Assembly: GCF_001194135.2 (NCBI RefSeq)
Contig: NC_068983.1
Location: 1,864,308 to 1,927,862 of the forward strand
Direction: 5' to 3'
Origin: Octopus bimaculoides
Lineage: Eukaryota
Length of the DNA stretch: 63,555 nucleotides
A program made the translations under genes and the position numbers. Below the pieces are notes generated by a model that saw nothing but the letters and a program-made list of their open reading frames with translations, was not told the DNA's origin and made no database searches. Positions 11,601 through 24,290 of this stretch are shown here, piece after piece. The stretch's first letter is position 1. The number at the start of each line of letters is the position of its first letter.

Positions 11601-12491
11601 GTATACAAAGTTCTCTTGCTACAGCTTGGTTATGAAGGGAAGTCTTGGGAAATCTGGCCTAAATATCGTTAACAAATTCTGAAAAAAATAAACCCAATCA
11701 GGTCAAGGTTTGCGCTCATGCTTAGCTGTTTAATATTCTCTGCTATGGAATTTGATTTCTTTTGAGGTTGCTCGACTTAGAACTAGCGTAGCACCAATCA
11801 TGTGTCTACTTTCATATCAGAAAATGTTCCATATTTGGTAAATTGTTCAATTCTTTGACAATGCTAAGTTTTTTTTTCCACAATTAGTCAATGATGAGAG
11901 AGATGAGTCGGGGCTACAAAAGGGACCCTCGAAATCTAGAAATTATAAGAAAACAACAAAAGAAGTTAAAATTTTTATTACAAAATTTCAAAGTAATTTT
12001 GGTAGCCATAGAAGAAGGAATATTTTCTTCTCTAGTATTCTTCTCTTTCGAAGATTCCTGGTTTCAAATAACAGCAAAAGTAAAATGAATAGCAACGGCA
12101 GAGGAGAAAGTGAAATTCAAAGCTCATGATATTTATTGCCGTACTTACAAGGAATTTAAATTATTCCTGAGTTTGGCATATTAACATTCTAACTTTTTTT
12201 TAATTATATAATAATTATTCGATACTAATGACTGTCAAGAACCAACTTTCCTTCACATTGTGGTAGAAATATTTAAAAAAAGGATTTCAGAATGTAACAG
12301 AAGTTTACCAAGCGAAATAATAGTTTTCTGTTTTTAAATGACTGACAAATATGAATGTAAGAATTGAAATTAGATATACGTGTGTTTGTGTGTATGTGTG
12401 TGCAGGAGTGCGACCGCGCACATTTGTGTCTACTTAGAAATGTACAGCGTTGTTATTACATTAAACTGTTGTGTTGTCCAAATTTGGCCAT

Positions 12492-12551
12492 ATGCGTTTC
12501 TTTCAATATTTACTTTTGCTTGCAATTGCTGGTTCTTTTGGTCAAGTTATC
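12492..12551 (+). CDS. Candidate first coding exon encoding a signal peptide
   Basis: ATG..ATC|gtatgt gives MRFFQYLLLLAIAGSFGQVI; could arise by chance in T-rich DNA. Confidence 0.2.
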
Positions 12552-12803
12552 GTATGTGCAGCTGCTTCAGATGCCAAGATATCAAAAATTGTCAAAGTTT
12601 AATACAACGGTTTTGCTAGGGAATGGTGAAACTATTTTGGTTTCCTGAAAAAGCAACGTTTTGGACTTACGATACTTTTGCATAATAGTATCTTCATATT
12701 TTGATATATTCTTAGACTTCTTTTACATGAACAGCAGATTAGGAATTGACTCATTTACAGTGAAAAATATTAAACGGATATTATAGTTAATGTTATAGAG
12801 ATA

Positions 12804-13147
12804 TACTTGCATAGTAGTGACTTGATCTGAGATCGTGTGCTGAAACAAAAAAACATTGCATCGTGAATATATTTGTAAGTCATTCAAGAACACACAAAAG
12901 ACTGTTAGTTTCACTTCCAAGTAACGATTTTCCTCAGAGCTTTGGTAGTCTGGCTGAAGCTTTCGGAATTACGGAAATGTACTTGCATAACAGATGACTT
13001 GATATGAGATCGTGTACTGAAACAAAGACAATTGCAGCATGGAAAATATTTGTGAGCCATACAAGAACACACATGAAAATTAAATGTTGAAGTGAAACTA
13101 ACAGTTTTTGTGTGTTCTTGAATGGCATACAAATATCTTCCACGCTG
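12804..13147. repeat. Compound direct plus inverted repeat
   Basis: 12804-12900 is repeated at 12980-13073; 13087-13147 is the reverse complement of ~12856-12920. Confidence 0.85.
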
Positions 13148-13796
13148 TGATGGTTAATATGTGTTTAGAGGTTTAAATTACTGTAGCAACGGTCAAACAA
13201 AATGGGACCTAGTGATCTGAGAAAATATCCTATGTTTGTCATGACCCATTGAGAACATCTATTTCTACTGAAAGTGCTTTACAAATGTTATCTGTAAAAC
13301 CAGAGAGGAAATATTCTAAAATGAGGCAGAAGTCAATTTCTATGACTGAAACAGTGGAATTTTTAATAATTATCATTAGTCAATCTATTTTTGCAGAACA
13401 TAATGAATTTAGCTGAATATAACGCACGTATTTCTCAGTCAATGAAACTAGTGTTTTTCGGTGGAGAGAGAGAGAGACGGAGGCGGGGAGAATTTATGGA
13501 ATGGAATAAAGATTTGTGGTGGAATTCAAACACAGAAGAATAAATGAGGAGAAAACAATGATTGAAAGAGAAAAAAGAAATATTTTTAATAATAGAAATA
13601 TCATTAAAATCAATGAGTTGACTAAGAATGATGTAAATAGATGTCTTCTAAATTTAGTTTATATATTCATATATTCATTAGAGTTCAGGAATTGAGATAT
13701 TTTCACTATTGTTTCCACATAAACTTAATGAAATTTTCAAACGAACTGCATAACTACATATTATACAAAAATGGGACTGCCAGATACATACACATA

Positions 13797-13831
<35 letters not shown>

Positions 13832-13905
13832 GTACATACATACATACACACACACACAGTGTGCGTGCGTGTGTAGATACATACATATAATTAATGCGTA
13901 TTTGA

Positions 13906-13938
<33 letters not shown>

Positions 13939-14110
13939 ATTTAATAAAATTACTTCATTAAAAATAATAATAAAACGGCCATCAAGCTTAACGTAAATAG
14001 ACAAAATATACAAATAAATTAGGGTACTGAAATACCAGCATGCTAGAAATTGGAGTTAACACTTGGAGTGTTGACACCTATTTCTAGCAGGCTGGTATTT
14101 TGCTACCCTA

Positions 14111-14113
<3 letters not shown>

Positions 14114-14174
<61 letters not shown>
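14114..14174. repeat. (AT)n microsatellite
   Basis: Perfect dinucleotide run, representative of many (e.g. 5238, 9263, 13800, 23184, 31290, 32327). Confidence 0.97.
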
Positions 14175-14180
<6 letters not shown>

Positions 14181-14741
14181 GTTAGGGAATTTCAAAATCC
14201 GAACTTACAAGGAAATACAATTTGATCTCAAATTGAGTTGTATATTGAAAACTATTTTAATAATTTAGAGAACCACCTTGGTTCAAGTCGCACGAAGAAG
14301 GAGATCGGACACCATCGAGAAAAGTGTACTATGCAAAACTAGTTTAAAATTCTTAATAGTGTTTGCGACTGAGGATGAGGAAAATAGCTCAAAACTAAAT
14401 CGGTCCCGCCGTCCTGTCGTCTGCTGGAGAATTCTAGGTGTTCGCTCCCTTGCTTCCAGTTCACATACAGGGTACAGGCTGTTCCTAATACCAGCTGGCG
14501 GAAGATCTGCCTGGGGTTAAACTTGTAGTAACATTGAACAGTCATATTGATGTGGCGATTAATTTTACTAGTTGCGCAGCATCAATCAGGGCAGGCTGTG
14601 TCACTTAAGATGCACAATGTCCTGCCTTTGTTTGACACGTGCCGGATGGGTCGAAGCAATCGTGTGTTAAGTAAAAATTCGTACTAAATCCATCTTCCGT
14701 TTCTTTTATCACCTTTATATATATATTCATATATATACAAT

Positions 14742-14909
14742 AGGCCTCTTTGAATTTCCATCTACCAATTCCATTCACAAGGGTATGGTAGGACCGAGGC
14801 TATGATAGATGACACTTGCCAAGCAGGGTAACTGAACTCGGAAAGGAAACGTAATTGGGAAGCAAACGTCTTACCGCACGGCCACGCCTGGATGCGCGCG
14901 CGCGCATGC

Positions 14910-14941
<32 letters not shown>

Positions 14942-14985
14942 TCTTTTATTCTTTTACTTGTTTCAATCATTTGACTGCGGCCAAA
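14742..14985 (-). mobile_element. SINE family 3 fragments (head 14742-14892, 3' end 14941-14985) around (CA)n
   Basis: cacaagggtatggtaggaccgaggctatgatagatgacacttgcc and ttcttttacttgtttcaatcatttgactgcggcc match family 3. Confidence 0.65.
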
Positions 14986-15009
14986 TACACAACCGAAAGA
15001 GCTATCATA

Positions 15010-16330
15010 ATACTTGAACAGGCACATTCATAAAATATCTTATATACCATTGAAGTACCTTTTAACTCTCTTCTGGAGCAAGCATTTAGAATACTGTAAA
15101 GTGATGAATATGTACAGGTTTGAAAAATTGGGTCGACAGGCAGGCAGAAAATATTCAGGTATAAAACATGAGTTTCGAAATTTCCTCCACGGACTAAGAA
15201 ATGAAGATGCAAGTTGATGTCAACAGATTTCAGCATAAAACGGGGAATCTGTCAAGGCTGGCAATTAAAATATCTCTAACGCTCTTAATTTCTGTTGTGA
15301 TATCACAAAAGCTATTTTCAGCATTTACTTTGTCTATGCTAAGTCAACCGCATTGCAATCACAGAAGACAGAGCAATATTGTTTCTTTAGAATCTCCAGC
15401 ACAAATTTGCCATAACTCTGAAGTATGTTGTTTTAAATCCTGTGTGTGGCGAAGTGTGAAAAAAAGGGAGTCCCATGCCTTTTTGCAAAGAAGTAAACAT
15501 ACTTTGGGATTTGCCTAGCTTTTTCCAATGGTTTGCGTTATTAATGAGACCTCACACATTTTTGGAAATGTTGTTTTTCCGACTCTAGTATGGTTACCAC
15601 ACTGGAGAGGGGTACTGCAATGATGATGATGGCGGCAATATTTTAACTCATCTAGTTTTGTTATAACTTTTGTCTTGATGAGTGTTTTTTCTTTCTTTTG
15701 CGAGCCTGTATCTATTTTTGATTCAGGCTCGTGATGTCCTGTAGTTTTAAAATATACGATTAAGAATGCTCTCATATAGCTGCTACAGCACTTTCATACC
15801 GTGTAAACTAACTGTCACCAAGGGATGGTGTATGTGCAACTGTACTCCAGTTCACTAATGTAGGTTCCTGTTGCCAACTGGAAGCGATTGTATCATTGAT
15901 TTAGTTTAATCTTTGTGTAGGTGTCAAAATACGTTCAGAAACTACCATTTCCTGTGCACAAACCATTTTTTCGGCAGTGATATAATGAATATTTCTAGTT
16001 CAACACTGGTCGCAAATCTCTTTAATTCTTTCTCATCGCCTTGAACAGATTCTGAGAAAAAAAGAATCATTCATAAATTAGGAAAGTGTCTCTGCTGCTG
16101 TGTATTCTGAGGCTGAAATGCAAATTCTCAGTTTTGTGTCGCTTCAAATAACTTGAATTGGTCTTTTGTTCTTTTAAAAGCAGCACAGTGGAAACTTCTT
16201 CACTACAGAAGTTGTTGATATTTTAAAGAAACGCTGCTGCTCTTGGTATTTATTTTCTTTGGCTAGATTCAAAATGGCTGAAAAGGTGTTTTGTTGCTTG
16301 GAGAAGAGTAAGCATTTGGAACCAGTGAGT
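15010..16330 (-). mobile_element. Degenerate Gypsy-type LTR retrotransposon pol relic
   Basis: Minus frame at ~15390-15465 reads FFHTSPHTGFKTTYFRVMANLCW, matching the Gypsy integrase zinc-binding consensus FH.SP..GH.G...TY.R...N..W. Outer limits rest on weaker RT/integrase resemblance. Confidence 0.5.
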
Positions 16331-16567
16331 GTGTCGTAGCATACTGTCGATCGTTTCGTCTGAATTATATATAGAGAGCGAGAATGAGGGGAGGACAGAG
16401 ATAGAAACAGACAGAGGTAAGAGGTTCGTAAACGTTAAAGCGGATATGCAGCAGTGCCATAATTGTGCACGGTATGGTATTGGGTGGTGATGTTTCTTGA
16501 TCGCACCCCAAGGGCCTGGGAGCTGAAAGAAGGACCAGTATCATACAACATATCATTAGCGTTCAAT

Positions 16568-16760
16568 CTGCCAGCTGGCAGAATGGTGAGCGTGTCAGAT
16601 TCAGTGCATAGATGCATTTCGTTTGACTTTTCCCCTTCTGAGCTCAGACCTTGCCGACGTTGACTCTGCTTTTCATCCTTTATAAGATCCAATTCGACTT
16701 ACTCCCTCCCTAAATGTTGCCGGCCTTATGCAGAACTTTGAAACCATGATTACTATTGTT
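16568..16760 (+). mobile_element. SINE family 2, old decayed copy
   Basis: gctggcagaatgg..ctgagctcagacc..gttgactctgcttttcatcct parallels 34603-34829. Confidence 0.5.
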
Positions 16761-19700
16761 GTTAATATAGCCATTATTTCATAATACTCTATTTACGTTT
16801 CGCATGTGTATTATATACGAGTCCCTTTCGTATGTATGAGAGAGGATATGTGTGTTTTTGTGCATATGGATGTGAGCCTGTGCGCAACTATGTTGTGGAT
16901 ACACGTATTTGCATGTGTGTGTGTATGCCTTTGAGCGTAAGTCGATGCATTTTCGTTATATCAGACATTATTATTCTAACCATCTATCATGATTTCCTTG
17001 GTGTCTTTTGTGAAAATATTGTAAGCTGTGTCCTGCACTTGCTTCTATGACCACAAGCAAGATCTTGCATCTCAGCAAGTATCGTTTCAATCTGTTGTTC
17101 CAATTTGCCTGTCTTCTCTCTATAATATTTTGTTTGATTTTACAGAAGAGTTGTTAGAAAAGCTTCCCATAAATGTTTGAATTTATAACATTGAAATAAT
17201 ACATGAAAGTGTTATGTTTACTGATGACAGATCGACATGGAGTATATCCAAGTTAAGATTCTGTTTTTCACTATTTTTACAAAATATTTTATATCAAATG
17301 GACATAAGTACGCTTTACGAGATTTTGCTTACATATTTTCATATGTTAAACTGTTTCTCCCTCTGATTTCCTTATTCCCCCACGGCACCATTAGCATCGA
17401 ACAAAATGTCTCTGTCTCACGGTTTTTAGTTCCATCAACTTTTGTATTGCACTGACAATAACATTTCTCAACATTCTACGGATTCCTTGAAATGTTTTAC
17501 TTATGATTGATGACATTCAAATGTTTCTATTCCTACAAACATTTAAATATATCTGGTAAGTACTGGATATTTTTCTTCCTAGTTCACTCTTACTAAAAGA
17601 GATGATAGTTGTGTCAAGTCAGAAAGGAACCATGATCATGATTTTTCTCTGTAATATGAATCATCTTTCCTGGTTGATTCTACAAGTAAGTTTTGAGCTA
17701 GGACCTTTGACTTCTTATCTTCTGATGCTTTACAAATGACGAGGACGACAGTACCACAACAACAGCGACGAAAAATATGATGAGGGAGAAATGATGAGGA
17801 CCGCGATGCTGATGATGATCGCGATGATGGTGTTAAAGAAGGCGACTGAGCATACGACAACGATGGCGTCTACGATTATGAGGCTGATGATTATCACGCG
17901 GAGATGATGAAGATAACGATAGAGATGATTGTAGCGTGATGATGATGGTAGTAAGATAGTGTAACTAAATATCTTATGAACAAGCTCTTATGTCTCCTAT
18001 CCTTCCCTACATAGAACCCATGTAACATTCAAACGCGGATTTCATTACAAAAGATACGTTTCTAATGCATAAAGAGAAATAAACATGGTCTTTACATATT
18101 GGATTGTGTCACATAATTCTAAGTTTAACTTGCATTAGAAGAATGCAGATACATACACCTCGCCACACACACATACACACACGAATATATATATGTATAT
18201 ATGTGTATATATGATTATATATAGTAATTCAGTGTATTATATTCTTTGTCACAAATATGACACTATGGTTGAAAATATTCAATGCCAATTTCAGATATTT
18301 AAATTTTGCAGTAATATACAGTAACAATAGCCTTCTTACTTATTTCATACCGATCTTCAATGGCTGATTTCCATTATGAAAAGTTTAGTAATAATCAATA
18401 CTATTTACAAAATTGAACGATAAACAAATATGGTGGCTGTCGTCTTAGGAGAGAAACAAGGTGATGGCACAAGTGTAGAACTTGTAATATACATATTCAT
18501 TCACACGTAGTTAGTAATGTACACATTGGTGTTCATATTAATTGACAGCAATATTATAAACAGGTGAATATAGATTATGGGTTTACATGTGTGTGAAAAT
18601 ATTCTATTCTACATTAAATAACTATTCTAGTACTGCGTGGCGTGTGCCTTGGAATAAAGTAGAAAAATCAGTTTTGATTTTCTCGTATTCATGAAAATCC
18701 GAATAACATTTTTCCATGAACAGTTAATTCAAATTATCCAATGTAGTTGGTCAGTCGATAAATGAAAGCCACAACATCACCTCTCTTTCCTGATTGCTAT
18801 TCCAGTTTTGTGCCTAGCTAGACAGACATTATTTACGAATTTTATATATTTTATTGTTATTTCAAGAACCCTACCCCGATTCCTTATAAACGATGAAGCG
18901 GTTGGTTGATTATTTTTATGTTGAATCAGACTTATGACTACGGACATGCTTGTACTGAGAATTACATTATAAACAGAACATGCATCCATGAGAGAATCAC
19001 ACCATATTTTAAGTATTGTAACAAGCTTCATTTGAGTAGTTGCAAATTTTACCTTTCCCACAACCTTTTCACATGTCTGAATTATTCAGATTGTCTGTGA
19101 ATGACTATTAAATAAGTAAACTTCCACCCACCTACTTGAGCCAACAAGTTGGTGAAATTTCCGTTTTTTGTGCAAATATTTCAATCAGTTTTATTATATT
19201 TTATTAGTTTTCTTTTTATAAATTTCAAATCTATGTTTAAACTCTACATCGAGAATAAAATAAAAATAAATGGACGTGTTCCAGACAAATATTGCAGCTG
19301 TCCTTTTTTTTTTCTTTTGTCGTCTTTTTTGTTTGTTTCTGTTTTTTAGCAAGAGCATGTATTTTCAGTTTAGAACAAATTTTGGAAATGTTTGAAAGAT
19401 ATTTCAATACATCCAAACTTGATGAGTGGGCAAGTATTCCGCCTGCGCAATCACAGCCTTTTATTCTTCAAATAAGAATAAATCTGATAAAATATTGATT
19501 TAGTGAAAGCAACCTAAGATGTCATACCTTTTATAATAAGTTAAAGACTTGGCAGAACAATTTTTCTACATTCTTATTTAAATAAACAACTACTTCGGGA
19601 ATAGACGAAAATTAGAAAATACTGAAACACTTTAAAATAGGAAGTAAATATATGCAGCGTTCACTTTGTGTTGGATTCTCTCTTAAATTTTGGTTTTTGC

Positions 19701-20114
19701 AATTGAAGATATTTTGTCCGGTCTCTCATATTCAGTTTCAAATTTTGACAGAGTGAACATAGAGATGAACTGACTCAGCATATGAATCTCCTCTTCATAT
19801 ATGCCTAATAAATTTTTAGCTAATGTTCATTTTGGGTAGGACAGCTTCAACTGACTCTAACTTCACACTGTCTCCTCTGTCATACATTGGCTTTAATTAT
19901 AATGAAGTAACCAGTTCATAGATTTTTCATTTTTCCCTATCTTTAACAATAAGCTGATTTCTTTTCAGTATTTTTCCGACTGGTATGCACAATTTCCTCC
20001 ATTATTTTTTCTTATTCTGTGAGATTATGCTGACCATATCCCGGTAGGCTCTTATATTTGTAATTTGTAACCTCAGCATTCTTTCTTTAGTGTATAACAG
20101 TTTGTATGTATATC

Positions 20115-20205
20115 TATATAACAGGCTTATGCGCAGTTTCCGCCCAACAAATTTCTCTTGGCAAGGATTAGTCAACCTCAGGTTGTAGCAGAAGGCACCT
20201 GCACG
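20115..20205 (-). mobile_element. SINE family 3, decayed middle fragment
   Basis: cagtttccgcccaacaaat..caaggattagtcaacctcaggttgtagcagaaggcacctgc aligns to the family-3 body. Confidence 0.45.
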
Positions 20206-21844
20206 ATTCATTGTAGAATGAAACCGCATCTGCGGTTGCAAAGGTGATTTCAACTTTATAGCTATGCCATTCATTATTTCAAAAACAGGACAAGTAAAGG
20301 ATATAATTTCGTCTAAGACGTGTTATTGAAATAATACTGTTAATCTATCATGCCTCATAATGCCGACGCTCAAAGAATATCAAGTAAGCATTGTAAAATA
20401 AGAAAACACGCTTTATTGCTGTCCTATCCTCCACTTTTACTTATTTATGTGTTCATTAGTATATAGATGACCTGTCCTAGGAAATAGAGAACGTCTCTAT
20501 AGTAGTCACGCTAAATCTCTTATTTCGCGTTTGGCCTTATATTTCAACTGTGGGACAACCCGTTCCTGTATGGCAATGACTATCTGAATGACAGCATGAA
20601 AATAAAGTTTACTTTCGGCGTAAATATTGCAGCTTGGCTCAATATGGGGGCAAATATTTGAATAACTGTATGGCAACCCGCTCTCCATCGATATTGATAT
20701 CGAAACCTGGTCCTAAATAGTGTGAATACAGAAATGCATTCAATGTGATTTAAAAGATAATTCAGATGTACCTTAAATTTATCGAACATTATATGTACTC
20801 AGTTATATTTGGTCACAAAAGGAATTTTTGATTATGTTAGAGTATAGAATTTAATTGCTTCTATTATTTGTGAGAATTCGATACAGGAATACAGTTTTAT
20901 GGTTGCACATGTTATCGTTGTATATCCTCCTCATTTCCAGATTTATGCTGCCAATTTTGCACCTTTTTATCATGGCAGGTATTCCTTACATAATATCTAC
21001 CAATTGATTTTCGTTTCTTTTTTCAGTCATTTATTACATATTTTGGAAAAATGTATAGAGCGAAAGTAGTAATTTTAAAACAGAAAGCTAGAACAATATT
21101 TCAAATATACATCTGCTCTAGCAATAAATTGTTTTTTTTTTCGGAGAATCATCTCAAATATTTCTGCCTGAACCTTAGTACGGAATAATGAAATGCTATC
21201 AGTACCTGGCAAATATTTTATTTTTTCCTTCAGCTCATCACAAAATTGGAAATTTAAATTATGTGTTAACATATTTCATAAAAATAGCTGCCTTCTCACT
21301 ACTAAATTGAAATGTATAGATTTGCAGTTCGTTATAATATTTGCTTCATATTCAGAAAATGTGATATAGAGAAAAAGGTTTTTGACATATATGTCAGCTA
21401 TTTGATATCAGCAGAACGGAAAGATTTGTGATTTTAAGTAACGCAATGGACGGCTACCGATACAGACATACATGCAAAGACACAACATAAATACATAGCC
21501 ATAAAAAAAAATATAGATAAAAAAATGATGACACAACTGTTGGAATATGATTGTGATTCCTTATGAATGCTATTAATTTATAACTGTCAGACGCAGAGGC
21601 AGTCGGAGTATTAAAATTTTCCTTACTTCTTGTCTATAAACATTAAATCCAAGATTAATCCTGCTGGGAAGAAATAGATAAAGGTGCCAATTATCGAAAA
21701 AAATGATTTCTTATAAATTTTAACACATTCAAGAACAGAAAAAAAATGTATTCTTTTAATATTCTGCCAAATATAAACAAATCTTAACACTTTTTGCATT
21801 TTGTAATTAATTGTAATTCCAGCCGAATGTAATTGATCCGTCTC

Positions 21845-21900
<56 letters not shown>

Positions 21901-22702
21901 GCCCTATACAGGCACACAACGATACACGGAATATATAATGGCTCCCATAATTACGAAACACCGAAATTGATTTGTTCAATTAAGTAATTAATCGATAATT
22001 GCTTTTCTTTCAATCTAGCAAGAAAGAAAGACAATTGCTTAAATGTTCTGTGTCAGATGCATCCATTCGATCACTCATTAAACCTAATCATATTCCAAGA
22101 GTACGATTCTAGTTGTAAACGAGGCGGAATTCGATATCAGTACTGTATGTGATTGACATAATCGTCATTTCAACATTGACCTGTGGTACCGGCCATTTTA
22201 ATAAAATTAATCTCTTTGAAGCTGACATTAGCCATTTCTAATGGGATATCGATAGTATAATGTATTGACTATGGTACTACTATTTCCACACAAATGATAA
22301 AATGCTTATAGTCAATCCTTTGATTAGTAGGCCGAAGACCTGTACATTTCACTAGCTGCAATTTTAATTTGTACCGTTTGTGCGGTATTGCAATCGACAT
22401 AAACAGCACGAAAACAGAGAATCGATATGCAAACTTATTTTGAGTCTCTAAGAATCGAAACAGTTGAATAGACTGCTTTTCAGCTTCATAGTTATTCCGA
22501 AATATTTTCTCTTATAGAATAAGAGAAAATATTTCGAAATTAACATATATTCTTCATGAAAAGCATTGCTATAATAAATATTCCCTTCTTTATAAATATT
22601 TTACAAAGCAGCAATGTAACAATCGAATATCATAAGATGGATTAGAAAATTACTATTTTTAAATCTAACAACGAGAGATATTCAGCAACAGTACTTTGGA
22701 GT

Positions 22703-22922
22703 AAAGATTGTTTGCCAACATAACATGGCAGTCGTGGTTTAGGACGAACGTTGCTGTAACTTAGCCCCATTAGACATCGTCTCCCACTGGCTACACGACT
22801 CGAAAATATAAGGACATAGATCGTGTTGTATAGCCAGCTGGAGACGGTGTCTCCTGGGGCTAAATTACAGCAACATTCGTTCTAAACCAGGACTGCCATG
22901 TTATGTTGGAAAACAATTTTAA
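22703..22922. mobile_element. Foldback / MITE-like element with ~100 bp imperfect inverted arms
   Basis: ccaacataacatggcagtc-tggtttag-acgaa-gttgctgtaa-ttagcccc.. is present on both strands around a ~16 nt spacer. Confidence 0.85.
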
Positions 22923-23174
22923 CTACATCGTAAGACGAGTTTTTCTCTCGTTTGAGTTCTCAACGTCTGTCTTTTTTTCTCTGAAGCTGAAGACGAGACA
23001 ACCACTCCAAAATGCATGGTTAAAGAGTGCTTCAAACTGATACGGTGTTTAACTCTATTTGTCTACATTTGACTTTCCATTATTTCCGTTTTTAATTCTT
23101 TAACTCTCTAGTCTTATTTTTTGTTTAATAATACATATATGGACACGCATACATGTATGCGTGCATGTGTATGG

Positions 23175-23223
<49 letters not shown>

Positions 23224-23429
23224 GTTCCTATGTGTATGCATGCATATGTATGTATGTGTTTATATGTACACGTGTACGTGTGTATGCGTATATCTATGGA
23301 CGTGTGTATATATATATGTGTGTGTGTGCATATATGCGTATGGCTTTAAATACATAAGTATGCTGGCCTATATAATAATGCATATACACACGTATATCTA
23401 TGTGTGCGTGCGAATGCGAATCTGAATAT

Positions 23430-24290
23430 ACATTTCTTTCTCACCATAATTCCTCAGCACCCACTATCACATTAGCCAGTACAATAAACACCTTTGTCTA
23501 TTTTTAGAAACTTGACCATTACATCTTATTCTTCCTTTCCTCTTTCAGGTTTACTACTCACTTTTGTAACACCCCTGAATCATTTTCTGTACCAATCCCA
23601 TCACCTTAGTGACTTTCAAACATGTCACTCCACTTCCCACTCCTCACACATTCTTATCTCTTCCTTTCCCTCCCTTATTCTTCTCCCATCCCCCTCATAA
23701 TATCTTGACCACCAATTGATACTCCTGTTTCATTGCTTTTTTTTATTTTCTGTTCTCTTTCTGTCTTTCCTCATCTATTCCTTTTGGTCAGTCTCCACAT
23801 TTTAGCATACATGTCTTGTCTCTCCTGTCTATCTACTTAATACTACCACTACATTCTCAAAATTTCATTCACACCACAAAGACTCCTTTGAATGAACAGC
23901 ATTTGGAATCTACGTCTCCACATTTTCCATTTGTAATGACAAAATATGAACTCCTATCGGAATTTACATAGCATGGGCAAGAAGTATTTCTACCTCTTCC
24001 ATACACCTTGGGTAATAGAATTGCAACTACAACGCGCTACATATATTTTTACTTTTAAATTTATTCTCTTATTTCGCTTCATACTTCTTATTTTATCCTT
24101 TTCCAAAATAACTCCTTATATTGAACTCTAATATTTCCCTCTATTTAACCATCTCGCACCGTCTCTGATGAAGGGATATTCCTAATATCCCAGAAACAGC
24201 TGTAAGACTAACTCTTTATAAATGTCCTGAAAATTCCTCACAGCCTTGGCTTTGTTGTCCCACGAATGTTTTATAAAATCTGAGTGTGTG
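23430..24290 (+). mobile_element. Hammerhead-bearing repeat with long pyrimidine-rich leader (Penelope-like tail)
   Basis: 3' part is homologous to 9311-9594; the 5' boundary is inferred from composition only. Confidence 0.55.
24161..24208 (+). ncRNA. Minimal type I hammerhead ribozyme motif
   Basis: GTCT-CTGATGA-A-GGGATATT cct AATATCCC-A-GAAA-CAGCTG-TA-AGAC; predicted cleavage after GUA at 24204. Confidence 0.65.

Noticed and set aside
16267-16307. Apparent first exon MAEKVFCCLEK with good Kozak context
   Set aside because: It falls within the antisense of the putative Gypsy relic and has no supporting downstream exon.
17740-17950. Acidic or Met/Ser-rich ORF-like stretch
   Set aside because: Decayed (GAT)n microsatellite.
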